Assembly: GCA_033852135.1 (NCBI GenBank)
Contig: JAWSVB010000022.1
Location: 101,936 to 165,935 of the forward strand
Reading direction: 5' to 3'
Source: Gammaproteobacteria bacterium
GTDB taxonomy: Bacteria; Pseudomonadota; Gammaproteobacteria; QZLD01
DNA: 64,000 nt
Every line of letters starts with the position of its first letter. The first letter of the stretch is position 1. A program made the translations under genes and the position numbers. Below the pieces are notes generated by a model, which was given only the letters and a program-made list of their open reading frames with translations, was not told where the DNA came from and ran no database searches. Shown in pieces: positions 38,901 through 48,467 of the stretch.

Positions 38901-39193
38901 CAGAGTTATCTGCAATATTTAAACAATATTGGCAGGGGTTGTATTCACCACTGCACTTTTTCCCTTATACATCATTTGAATTCGCCTCTACTTTGTATAA
39001 ATCGGAAGATCAAGATTACGCACTTACCAAGGCTGAGGCTAAATGGTATGGCGGATTTAATAGCCAATTTGCAGATGCAAGTGACCAATACAATTCAGTT
39101 CTCTACCGCGGTGTATTGCCACTTGATCAAGAGTTTGCTGAAGTTGCACAGGTGATGTTCACCCCTGAATTATTTGGATATGTTGATGAATAA
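35960..39193 (+). CDS. recC: Exodeoxyribonuclease V gamma subunit
   Basis: 1077 aa. The N-terminus 'LKLYQSDKLEILLEHL' is parallel to E. coli RecC 'LRVYHSNRLDVL'. Overlaps recB by ~14 nt. Confidence 0.9.
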   Translation: MPLKLYQSDKLEILLEHLADSMQSDRCGDPLAPETVIVQNNGMAQWVAQNLAEKIGIVANVNFILPTGFTWDLIRKFIDAPQRADLEKDELVWRIFAALYGHEVVAPEIENYIAEPNGEIKCFQLANQLADIYDQYQMFRQDWILDWDDTGCTDEHWQVKLWQHLSDFGLKQHRSKLLKQFFDLSSTNYLDIEKLPKKIAIFGIDTMPPAYLSIFSLLSAYIDISIYTFNPCAEYWGDIASEKYQANLRLTNKDPQTTEYMDSGNLLLSSMGKVGRDYHEIILELDSHIQDYEEFQCFSSINTPTNLLGSVQQDILLLRNGNSNSAVENDNTIQLHNCHTRLREVEVLYDQLLDVFNQESTIEPQEIVVMAPDINKYAPFIEAVFGRNGLKKQESFDEQYSKYIPWSIADRTSVSETPVLQAFMQIIGLYSSRVTAADIIRLIKVEAIANKFDLSELDIQNIQQWIEESGIRWGLDAHFRKRFDLPEVEINSWKFGLERMLLGYSVASEEVLFDDKLPYLEIEGSNAESAGKLTHFIYKISDLIEVFSQKHSAIEWQDIINSLLETFFTPEDDDESILQNIRNCIGDFVDIAEEQEFYQGRVLSVAIINEYLTNALMNQMDSGRFLAGKVTFCTLQPMRAIPFKVVCLLGMNDDEFPRQQKKSSLDLITQNAAKLGDRNRRDDDRYLFLQAILSARQYLYISYIGRSVIDNSKTLPSALVSELYDYLERFYAIMPQQITTQHPLQPFDKKYFSDNGELFSYAEEWLPASSAIKSLTAENPFFTSMLEEPDSTLKVLTISDLVSFFAKPARYLLRQRMGVNFDLQIDEVEEDEPFYLTSLDDYKIKEKLLDCCLFEHDETNFYKKLCLSGTIPHGHIGEKSYNNIAAEVDTLAAKVKPYLEGDIENYSGTINISDFEVSASITNITADGMLLYRVGKLRPIDRVELRVKHLFLQVAFGFSLPAIFIAQDQTLIIQPVDDPGAELSAIFKQYWQGLYSPLHFFPYTSFEFASTLYKSEDQDYALTKAEAKWYGGFNSQFADASDQYNSVLYRGVLPLDQEFAEVAQVMFTPELFGYVDE

Positions 39194-42100
39194 GCTTGAT
39201 CTACTCACATTTCCTCTAGAGGGGCGTAACCTTATCGAGGCTAGTGCTGGTACTGGTAAAACATACACTATCGCAGCTCTTTATTTGCGTGTTTTGATTG
39301 AGCAACGTTGTCATCCGCAGCAGATATTGGTTGTTACTTTTACTAAGGCCGCAACCCATGAACTACGTGAGAGAATTCGTGAGCTAATAAAGCAGGCGCT
39401 TAAATATTTGCAACAGTTAGAATTAAAAGAACTAAAAGCAAATGAGCAAGAAACAGAAGATATTGTAAAGCAGATATTGGCAAAATACCCTCAAGATACT
39501 TTAATCGAGATAAGGCAGCATCTGCAGGATAGTATTATTGCAATGGATGAATCTGCGATATTCACTATTCATGGTTTTGTGCAGCGGATGTTAGCAGAAA
39601 ACGCTTTTGAGAGTGGAAACCTGTTTGATATGCAGTTGATTGAGGATGATAGTAAGTTTCTTCAAGGAGCATGTAATGATTATTGGCGTAAGCTACAAAC
39701 ATCGCTTGATAATGCTGATCTTGATCTTTTAACTCAAAATTGGGGTACACCAGAGCAGCTTAAGTACGAGGTTGCATCTATATTACGACGTAGTGACCTT
39801 GCCATTATCCCTGAGAGAGTTACATATGCAGCGGTTAAGCGGGAATTTAAAGAGTTATATATTCATGGCCAAAGGCTGTGGAATGATGCTGCAGAAGCTA
39901 TTTCAGGAAAAATAGCCGAATCATTAAATAGCGGACATTGTAAAAAGAACTATAAACCTGAACTATTTCAGCTTGCAACTGAAGAGTTAGACATCTTTTT
40001 TAATTCAAAAGAGTGTAGTTTGGATATTCCAAACAATATTAACTATTACTCTCAATCCCATATAGCCAAAAATATTCTAAAAAAATATGTAGATCAAACT
40101 CCAGAGCATCCATTTTATTCAATCTGTGAACAGCTGTTGGAGCAGTCTTGTTTGCTGAAGAGTAATTTCAAGATCAAAATGCTATTAGATGCCGTGGATT
40201 GTTGTCGCACCATATTTTCACAATTAAAACAGGATAATAAAGTTATATCTTACGATGATATTTTGCATGACATGCAGGATATGCTGCAAGGAAAGTCTGG
40301 AGTTCAAATTGCAACAGCTATACGTGATAAATATCCTATTGCAATGATCGATGAATTTCAGGATACAGACCCTGTGCAGTACCAAGTATTCAGCAAGATC
40401 TACCCTGAAAATTCAAATATGCTAATGATTGGTGATCCGAAGCAAGCTATCTATAGTTTTAGAGGGGCTGATATTTTCACCTATCTTGAAGCGAAACAAA
40501 GCACTGTATCTACAAATCAGTATACGCTTGATACCAATTGGCGTTCAGCTTCACTGCTGGTTAATGCAGTAAACACATTGTTTGAAAATACTGCAGATCC
40601 ATTTATCTTTTCTGGTATAGATTTTAATCCGGTTAAGGCATCTAAAAATGCTGATAAGACACCATTAAAATTTAGTGGCAAGAAGAAACCACCTCTGACT
40701 ATTTGGCACATAAATATTACAGAGGAAAATTTGGGTAAATCCCCTAAAGGATTTATCAAAAAAGAGTTAGCAAAATTAGATGTAGCGCATAGCACAGCAA
40801 ACGAGATAGCTAATTTATTGCAGCCGCATAATAAGGTGAAAATTGGTGATGAGGCTATTCAGCCAGCTGATATCACGGTATTAATTCGTGATAGGTTTCA
40901 AGCAGAGCTTATCATTAATGCGCTAGCCAAAAATGGCTTATCTTGCGCCTATCAAGGACGAGACAGCGTTTTTGCTACAGAGCAGGCTTATGAGATGAAT
41001 ATAATCCTGCATGCTCTTGCAAATCCAAATGATGATTCTCTCTTGGTTGCAGCACTCACCACTAACATTATTGGTAAAACATCAGATCAGATAGTTAAAC
41101 TGCAGAATGATTCAAATAGTTGGGAGAATCTATCTAAGCAGGTTATTGAGTTCAACCACATGTGGCAGTCTGGTCATTTTATCCAAATGATTTATCAGTT
41201 CATGCACACCATGCAAATTCCTGCTGGGTGTTTACAAAAAAGTGATGGGGAAAGGTTATTGACCAACCTTTTGCATTTGATAGAGCTTTTACAGCATGCA
41301 ACTAAAACTACCCATGGAGTTAATGGCCTTATTAACTGGTATCAGGAGCAGCTACTAGATACATCCTCATCTGAGGAACAGCTTTTACGACTAGAAAGTG
41401 ATAGCAACCTGATAAATATTACTACTATTCATCGTAGTAAAGGTTTGCAATACCCAATTGTTTTTGCCCCTTTCCTTTGGGAAACGCGTAGCCAAGCAAA
41501 TTGTGATATTGTTTTCCATAAGGATAATAAGATCATTCGTGATATCGGATCAAATGACTTAGAAAATAATAAAACTATAGCAAGACGGGAAGAGCTAGCA
41601 GAGAATATCCGCTTGCTATACGTTGCACTAACAAGAGCCGTGCATAAGTGCTACATAAGTTGGGGGAAAATAGCTGGTGCTGATAACTCAGCTATTGGAT
41701 ATCTTTTAAAAAGTGGTATTGAACTAAAAGAGCAGCAAGATATTGATATTAAGGAAAACTTAATAAATCTGTCTTTAAAGGGTGATAAGTCAATTGAGGT
41801 TGCTCAACTTCCAATAGAATCAATTTTCGCACAACAAAATATTGAGTTAGAACCAAATCTTATTTGCAGAAAGATGGTGCGCTCTATAGATACGACTTAT
41901 TCAGTTTCGAGTTTTACATCATTAGCTGCCACAGTACTGCACTTGCACGATAATCATATCAAGGTTCCAGTGGATGAAAATAAAAGTTTGGAGTCAGTAT
42001 TTGGATTCCCCAAAGGGGCAAAAGCTGGATTGTTCTTTCACTACCTATTTGAAAATATAGATTTTAAGCAGCCAGATTCTGAAACAACTGATTTATTGAT

Positions 42101-42686
42101 TAAAAAAGCGTTACGCAAATATGGATTTGATCAAAAATGGCTCCAAGTAGTTAAAGAAAGCCTGTTGAATGTAATTGTGTGTGACCTTGATGGTAATGGA
42201 TTAAGCCTAGCTGCAATCGATGATCAAGATAGAGTTAATGAGATGGAGTTTCTTTTAAAGCACGACAGAGTATCCTCCATCAATCTAAACACATTACTAA
42301 ATAAGTTTGAAAAATATAATCGCCGTGAACGTCCACTATCGTTTACTAAAATAAATGGACTTATTAAAGGTTTCGTTGATTTAACGTTTAGGCATAATAA
42401 TAAGTACTATATTGTAGATTATAAGACTAACCACTTAGGAAGTGACCTCTCTGCATATAACAATGATGAGCTGCAGCAAGAGATAAGAAAGCATGACTAT
42501 GATCTGCAATACTTAATTTACACGGCTGCTTTGCATAGGTATCTACAAACTATTGATCCAGATTACTCATACGAAAATAATTTTGGCGGGGTTTACTATT
42601 TATTCATTCGCGGCATTAGTATCGCTAAGAGTGGAGGGGTGTATTTTGATAAACCTCCGCAAGATCTAATCGATGAATTATTCTAA
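39180..42686 (+). CDS. recB: Exodeoxyribonuclease V beta subunit (helicase-nuclease)
   Basis: 'LIEASAGTGKTYTIAALYLRVL' (helicase motif I, same as E. coli 'LIEASAGTGKT'). C-terminal PD-(D/E)xK nuclease 'GFVDLTFRHNNKYYIVDYKTN'. First ATG at 39180 (the listed ORF starts at a TTG at 39174). Confidence 0.92.
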   Translation: MLMNKLDLLTFPLEGRNLIEASAGTGKTYTIAALYLRVLIEQRCHPQQILVVTFTKAATHELRERIRELIKQALKYLQQLELKELKANEQETEDIVKQILAKYPQDTLIEIRQHLQDSIIAMDESAIFTIHGFVQRMLAENAFESGNLFDMQLIEDDSKFLQGACNDYWRKLQTSLDNADLDLLTQNWGTPEQLKYEVASILRRSDLAIIPERVTYAAVKREFKELYIHGQRLWNDAAEAISGKIAESLNSGHCKKNYKPELFQLATEELDIFFNSKECSLDIPNNINYYSQSHIAKNILKKYVDQTPEHPFYSICEQLLEQSCLLKSNFKIKMLLDAVDCCRTIFSQLKQDNKVISYDDILHDMQDMLQGKSGVQIATAIRDKYPIAMIDEFQDTDPVQYQVFSKIYPENSNMLMIGDPKQAIYSFRGADIFTYLEAKQSTVSTNQYTLDTNWRSASLLVNAVNTLFENTADPFIFSGIDFNPVKASKNADKTPLKFSGKKKPPLTIWHINITEENLGKSPKGFIKKELAKLDVAHSTANEIANLLQPHNKVKIGDEAIQPADITVLIRDRFQAELIINALAKNGLSCAYQGRDSVFATEQAYEMNIILHALANPNDDSLLVAALTTNIIGKTSDQIVKLQNDSNSWENLSKQVIEFNHMWQSGHFIQMIYQFMHTMQIPAGCLQKSDGERLLTNLLHLIELLQHATKTTHGVNGLINWYQEQLLDTSSSEEQLLRLESDSNLINITTIHRSKGLQYPIVFAPFLWETRSQANCDIVFHKDNKIIRDIGSNDLENNKTIARREELAENIRLLYVALTRAVHKCYISWGKIAGADNSAIGYLLKSGIELKEQQDIDIKENLINLSLKGDKSIEVAQLPIESIFAQQNIELEPNLICRKMVRSIDTTYSVSSFTSLAATVLHLHDNHIKVPVDENKSLESVFGFPKGAKAGLFFHYLFENIDFKQPDSETTDLLIKKALRKYGFDQKWLQVVKESLLNVIVCDLDGNGLSLAAIDDQDRVNEMEFLLKHDRVSSINLNTLLNKFEKYNRRERPLSFTKINGLIKGFVDLTFRHNNKYYIVDYKTNHLGSDLSAYNNDELQQEIRKHDYDLQYLIYTAALHRYLQTIDPDYSYENNFGGVYYLFIRGISIAKSGGVYFDKPPQDLIDELF

Positions 42687-42974
42687 TATTAGGCAGTTAA
42701 AGTAATAATTTTAGAAGTAAGTCTTGGTTCGCAAAATAATTGAGTACCTCTTAGCTATTTTGTCAAAAAAAATTCTAAGTGGGAAAAAATAAACTATAAT
42801 TTAAATTACATACTAAGCCGATTGTAGTCAAATGCGGTGATTACTGGCTCTAGTATTAATCATGCGGTAGTTATGCGCCATTAAATAGGTCTGTTTGTGT
42901 AAAGACAAGGTTTTGCTGTGTAAAAAATAATTACACAGCATGTATTCTAGTTTTTATGGTTGGGGTAAGGCTAG

Positions 42975-45900
42975 GTGGATAGAAAAGCAAATACTATTAA
43001 GGGTGATATATCCAGATTATTTCTGTTTATATCTGCAGTAATATCGGTCTCCATCATCTCTATTACTTATTACAGCATAAGTATGTCTGTTGAAGAGCAT
43101 GTTATCAATGACTTGCAAACCATGTCTAAAGCCAAGGCAGATTTAATTGAGTCTGAATTAAAGCACGGGGTTGATATAGCAGCTCACATTACATCAGGTA
43201 TCCAGTTACGTAAGCATATGCTGGATCTGCAAAAAAATTGGGAAGACCAAGAGCATATAAAATCAGTTGCAAAAGAGTTGGAAAAAGAGATTCATGCGAG
43301 TACACAACCATCTGTAGATATAGCATGGATCGATATTTATGATACCAACTCAATGCTTATTTCAGAGATAAGCCGTCAAGAAAAAGAAAGGGAAGGGCAT
43401 ACATACACTCCAAAAGATTTTTTTGGAATAAAAGAGCCAAAGGTTGGAATGTATTATTTAAGTGATGGGGAGGTGTTTCATAATATATTCGTACCAATTT
43501 TTCATCCTAAAAGAGATTTTCAGATAGTTGGGTATGCTGTATTTGCAATGTATTGCTCTTGTTTGTCCAGTGGGTTTGATAGTTTTTTGAATATTGGTTT
43601 ATCTGGTGAATTTATTGTTGCAAAAAAAGATGGCTTAAGTGCAACTATTTTATCAACTTTAAAAGGTAAGGATACCGAACCTCTTAGCTTGAAAATTCCT
43701 TTAGACTCACCTGAAGCAAATCTTTTACGCCCTGCATTTTTGGGTAATGCTGGTGATTTGATTGATATAGATTATAGGGGTAAAAAAGTCATTGCCGCCT
43801 ATAGATATATTTCTGCATACGATATAGGTGTAGTCGCTAAGATAGATAGTGATGAGGTGTTAAGCCCATTAAATCAGTTGTTTGTAAAAATAACTGTAAT
43901 TGTCCTAATAGCTATTTTTATAGCTTATTACTTTATAGCCAGGAAGTTAGATAAATCATTATTATCAGTTCATGAGCTAGAACATGGGGCTAGAAGATTT
44001 GCCAATGGTGATTTGAATTATCGAATACCAATACTAGGAAATACAGAACTGAGCAGACTAACTCGTGTTTTTAATAATATGGCAGAAAAGCTTGCTCAAG
44101 TAACATCCTCTAGAGAAGAGTTAAATGAGCAAGTCAATAAGCAGCTAAAAATAGAACAACAGCTAAATGCAGAAAGAGCAAAGCTTGAGGCGATATTTGA
44201 ATCCACAGATGATTGTATTATGGTTTGGGATAAAGATTATGTTCATATTTATGTAAATCAAGCAGCATCTGAAGTTATTGGTTTAACTAAAAGAAATATT
44301 CTTGGCAAAACAATTGCTGAAGTGTATAGCTCACGTCCAGAGTTTGCTAAACACTGGGTAGACAGAATAGATAAAGTATTTACTGATGGTGAAATACTAA
44401 AAGTAAATGATAAGTTTGAAGTTAAAGGGGAGATGATTTTTAGTGAATCAGTAATATCCCCTATTGTTAATGATAAAGATGAAATTTTTGCTGTAGGGGT
44501 TGTTTATAGAGATGTAACAAATAGAAAGTACGCCGAAGACTCTGCATATTCATCATGGCAAATGCTGCAACAGATTCTTAATAGTGTACCAGTGCGTGTT
44601 TTTTGGAAAGATACTAAAGGTGTTTTTTTAGGTTCAAATATGAACTTTGCTAAAGATGCAGGCCTTGATAGCCCAGAAGATATTATGGGCAAAACTGATA
44701 AAGATATGGTTTGGTCCGATTTTGCAGATTCATACCGTGCTGATGATCAATCTATAATTGAAACAGGAAAAAGCTTATTAGATTTTGAAGAAAAATTTGT
44801 TGGTACCGGCGGTAAACCGCAGGTTGTAAAAACTAGTAAGGTGCCGTTATTAAGAAGCGATGGATCAATCTATGGGATTTTAGGGTGCTATGAAGATGTT
44901 ACAGAAAGACATGAATTTGTAGAAAAACTTAAAAATGCCCAGCGTGAGGCAGAGATAGCCAATAAGGCAAAAAGTGACTTTTTAGCGTCAATGAGCCATG
45001 AGGTAAGGACCCCTATCAACGCTATAATCGGAATGGCAGATGTTCTGCTTAGTAGTAAGATAACTTCAGAGCACAAAGAGTATGTAAGGATTTTAAAGGC
45101 TGCAGGTGAAAACCTATCTCACCTGGTAGGTAATATTTTAGATTTTACTAAGCTAGAAGCCGGTAAGTTAGAACAGAATAACTGTGAATTCTCACTTGGT
45201 GATGTATTAAGTGATACTGTGAATTTAGTTATTCTCAAAACGCATGAAAAGAATTTATATTTAAACCTGCATGTTGATGATGAAGTTCAGCTTCAGCTAT
45301 ATGGAGATTCGGGAAAATTAAGACAAATTTTACTCAACCTATTAAATAATGCGGCTAAGTTTACTTATGGCGGTGGAATCGATCTAAGGGTTTCTGAGTG
45401 GCGCGATGCCACTCCTGGTAAATATACTCTACTGTTTGAGGTTAAGGATACAGGCAGGGGTATACCAAAGGATAGACTAGAAAGTATTTTTGACAGGTTT
45501 GTACAGGTTAAAGAGTTTGAAGGGCAGGTTGGAACAGGTCTTGGGCTCTCTATATGTAAAGAGCTAACGCAGATGCTTGATGGTGATATTTGGGTAGAAA
45601 GTGATGTAGATGAAGGGAGTAAATTTAGTTTCACAGCAACCTTTAAGCCTTTAGATGCTATGAAAAATGGAAAATACCATTCATCCAGTAAGCTTTCACT
45701 TAGAGGGACTAAAGCTCAGGTTGTATGTGATAACAAAGGGCTGACTGAGCAGATGCAACATACTCTTAAAGAGTGGAAGATAAGCAGTAATGGCTTTACA
45801 GAGTTTAGTGAAACTGTATTTGCAGAGGAAAGTGATTTTATTATTCTCATGCCGGGTGAAGCTATGGCTGCAGCGATAGTTGATAAATATAAGAAAATAG

Positions 45901-46508
45901 CAAAAAAGAAAGATAATCTAATTGATAAAATTATTGGAAAAACGATTTTGATTCATCAAAATCTAAACGACGATATTATGGGGAAATTAGCAGGTTTTGG
46001 CGTTAACTATAAGTTGACACAACCAGTAGTTAGAAAAGAGCTCTATGGTTGTTTAAACACCATTTATAACTTAAATGGGAATGCAAAGGCAGTTGTGAAA
46101 AAAGAGGCAAAATTTTCTTGGTATGATCCAGCTAAGATAAATATATTAATAGCTGAAGATGACCCAATAACCAAAAAGGTGATGCGTCTAGCATTTCAAA
46201 ACTTAGGGTATCGTTTAGATATAGCAAATAACGGTGTAGAAGTATTAGAGCAATTAAAAAAAGATACATACGATATTATATTTATGGATACTAATATGCC
46301 TGATCTAGATGGAAATGAAACTACGAAAAAAATACGGGAACTAGAAAAAAGTAGTGATACCAGAATCCCAATTGTGGCAGTTACTGCTCGTGTATTTGAT
46401 GATGACCGTAAAGAGGCATTCGACTCCGGAATAGATTGGTTCTTACCCAAGCCAGTGATTGTAGAGCAGATGGTCGAGGCAATTAATAAGCTAGTTAAGC
46501 TTGGCTGA
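42975..46508 (+). CDS. Hybrid sensor histidine kinase (TM, Cache-like periplasmic domain, TM, HAMP, 2x PAS, HisKA, HATPase, pseudo-receiver, C-terminal receiver)
   Basis: GTG start. H-box 'SMSHEVRTPINAIIGMADVL'. 'NNAAKF...DTGRGI...GTGLGLSI'. C-terminal receiver 'ILIAEDDPITKKV...IIFMDTNMPDLDG...AVTA...LPKP'. Confidence 0.85.
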   Translation: MDRKANTIKGDISRLFLFISAVISVSIISITYYSISMSVEEHVINDLQTMSKAKADLIESELKHGVDIAAHITSGIQLRKHMLDLQKNWEDQEHIKSVAKELEKEIHASTQPSVDIAWIDIYDTNSMLISEISRQEKEREGHTYTPKDFFGIKEPKVGMYYLSDGEVFHNIFVPIFHPKRDFQIVGYAVFAMYCSCLSSGFDSFLNIGLSGEFIVAKKDGLSATILSTLKGKDTEPLSLKIPLDSPEANLLRPAFLGNAGDLIDIDYRGKKVIAAYRYISAYDIGVVAKIDSDEVLSPLNQLFVKITVIVLIAIFIAYYFIARKLDKSLLSVHELEHGARRFANGDLNYRIPILGNTELSRLTRVFNNMAEKLAQVTSSREELNEQVNKQLKIEQQLNAERAKLEAIFESTDDCIMVWDKDYVHIYVNQAASEVIGLTKRNILGKTIAEVYSSRPEFAKHWVDRIDKVFTDGEILKVNDKFEVKGEMIFSESVISPIVNDKDEIFAVGVVYRDVTNRKYAEDSAYSSWQMLQQILNSVPVRVFWKDTKGVFLGSNMNFAKDAGLDSPEDIMGKTDKDMVWSDFADSYRADDQSIIETGKSLLDFEEKFVGTGGKPQVVKTSKVPLLRSDGSIYGILGCYEDVTERHEFVEKLKNAQREAEIANKAKSDFLASMSHEVRTPINAIIGMADVLLSSKITSEHKEYVRILKAAGENLSHLVGNILDFTKLEAGKLEQNNCEFSLGDVLSDTVNLVILKTHEKNLYLNLHVDDEVQLQLYGDSGKLRQILLNLLNNAAKFTYGGGIDLRVSEWRDATPGKYTLLFEVKDTGRGIPKDRLESIFDRFVQVKEFEGQVGTGLGLSICKELTQMLDGDIWVESDVDEGSKFSFTATFKPLDAMKNGKYHSSSKLSLRGTKAQVVCDNKGLTEQMQHTLKEWKISSNGFTEFSETVFAEESDFIILMPGEAMAAAIVDKYKKIAKKKDNLIDKIIGKTILIHQNLNDDIMGKLAGFGVNYKLTQPVVRKELYGCLNTIYNLNGNAKAVVKKEAKFSWYDPAKINILIAEDDPITKKVMRLAFQNLGYRLDIANNGVEVLEQLKKDTYDIIFMDTNMPDLDGNETTKKIRELEKSSDTRIPIVAVTARVFDDDRKEAFDSGIDWFLPKPVIVEQMVEAINKLVKLG

Positions 46509-46585
46509 TATTAGCTAAGTCTAGGTGCTTGGTAATTAGGTGCTAGTTATTGGGTGCGAATGTAAACAGCTGAACATTAAATAGA

Positions 46586-48253
46586 TTAAAACTCGGTCCT
46601 GTTTCTTCCATTTTCTTTAGCGTCATATAACTTAGCATCAGCCTTTGAAATACAGGCTCGAGAGTTACAAGTAGAGTCGCAGAGAGAGCACCCTAGGCTT
46701 ATAGTTATATTCACCTCTTTCTCAAAAATAATAACTGGAGTACTTTCAATTTTAGCTCTGACTCTTTCTGCAAATTGGACTGCACCATCAATTTCGCAGT
46801 CAGGTAATATAATAATGAATTCTTCACCACCATATCTGCATACAACATCAGCACCTCTAGCTAAATCGCTTATGATATTAGCAACTTGCTTTAGAGCGAT
46901 GTTTCCAGCTTCATGACCATATGAATCGTTAAAACTCTTAAAGTGATCTATATCTGCCATAACCAAGCAGATAGATTCAAACTGTCGATTTCTGCGATTA
47001 TTTTTTTGGAGCATATTTCCAAGAACAGATTGGAAGTGTCCAAAATTATATAATCCAGTTAAGTAATCATGTGTTGCAATTTGTTGCAGCTTGACCACCT
47101 TCTTGCTTAATTTGCTATTAAGGTCTTCAATCTGTTCTTTTTGAGATTCAATCTCTTCGTACATTCTGGTGTTTTCAAGAGCTATCCCAAGGTAAGAAGC
47201 CACTGCTTCAAGCATCTCTTTATCGCTATAATTGAGGTGTGCTGATTTTTTTATCGAACCAAGCCAAACCACACCAATAGCTTGCTCTTTCTGTCTGAGG
47301 GGGATGAATATAGTACTTTTTATCCCTTTGATTTGATTTAAAGCATTTTTATCATGCTCAGCCATTGGTAAAGACTTAACTTTTGAAATATCAGGGATAT
47401 AAATAAGAGAGTCATTTTCAAAGCAGGATGACATTGCACCATTATTTGATGAAAGGCTACAAAGATTATTTTCAGCCCATATCTTTAGTTGTGCTATTTG
47501 ATGTTCATAGTCAGGAGTGATAGTGCTCCAATGAGTAGGAATTAAGAACCCTTTTTCATTGGTGAAAATACCTCCAAAATGAAAACCATAATGGGAGATA
47601 AGTTCTGATAAAACAGTATCGAATAGCTCTTGGCAGCAATTAATTCCACCAAGTCGATTAATAAGGGTAATTACTTGTTGGTGCTTTTCACCAGATTCAT
47701 CTAAGGCATCTTTTAGTCGAATAAAAGATTCATATTTATAGCATGAGTATAAATATGGAGTGATCGTTGTGATGCTTTCTTTGATCTTGTTTATTTCAGC
47801 GGAGGTAAAGTTACTTTCATGAGATATTGCCTGGAATGTGCCGACAACCTCATTGTTGAAGATAATTGGTATTGCAACCATTTGTTTTATAGACCAAGCA
47901 TCAAATATTGTTTTTACATGCGGATCATATTTTCCGATATCTTCTTTGTTTAATTTGATTGAAGATCTTTTATGGATGGCATCAATGTCAGGTGTATTTC
48001 TGTTTATATCAATATGGTAGCCCATTATTGATCTTTCTAATGCTGATAGATCGCCTTTAAGGCTTAAAGACTCAACATTAAGATATTCTTTCTCATAATT
48101 AAGGAAATAAAAAACGCAACTCTCGCATGCAGTCTGCTCGATTATAATTCTTTTTGCTAATTCAAGAGATCGTTCAAGGTTTACTTCTCCCGCAAAGGTT
48201 TCATATAGATATTTCTTTGTAACTTTTATTGTCAAAATATCACCTAGAATCAT
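46586..48253 (-). CDS. GAF-domain diguanylate cyclase (tandem GAF + GGDEF with intact GGEEF site)
   Basis: 'ATHDYLTGLYNFGHFQ...MADIDHFKSFNDSYGHEAGNIAL...RYGGEEFIIILPD'. Confidence 0.85.
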   Translation of the reverse strand: MILGDILTIKVTKKYLYETFAGEVNLERSLELAKRIIIEQTACESCVFYFLNYEKEYLNVESLSLKGDLSALERSIMGYHIDINRNTPDIDAIHKRSSIKLNKEDIGKYDPHVKTIFDAWSIKQMVAIPIIFNNEVVGTFQAISHESNFTSAEINKIKESITTITPYLYSCYKYESFIRLKDALDESGEKHQQVITLINRLGGINCCQELFDTVLSELISHYGFHFGGIFTNEKGFLIPTHWSTITPDYEHQIAQLKIWAENNLCSLSSNNGAMSSCFENDSLIYIPDISKVKSLPMAEHDKNALNQIKGIKSTIFIPLRQKEQAIGVVWLGSIKKSAHLNYSDKEMLEAVASYLGIALENTRMYEEIESQKEQIEDLNSKLSKKVVKLQQIATHDYLTGLYNFGHFQSVLGNMLQKNNRRNRQFESICLVMADIDHFKSFNDSYGHEAGNIALKQVANIISDLARGADVVCRYGGEEFIIILPDCEIDGAVQFAERVRAKIESTPVIIFEKEVNITISLGCSLCDSTCNSRACISKADAKLYDAKENGRNRTEF

Positions 48254-48467
48254 AATAATTATTAACTAATATAATGCCATTTTTAATCTAATAATCAAAT
48301 AATAAGATCACAAAACTCTATGAAATTATCTAACTATCATTTGCCTAACGATAATGAACTAGTTTCATTAATTATTTGTACCCATAAGTAGAGATTGGTA
48401 GTACAGTTGTTTTTTTATATTAACTATGAAATATTCACTCAGAATATATTGTCTTTAAGGAGTTAAA

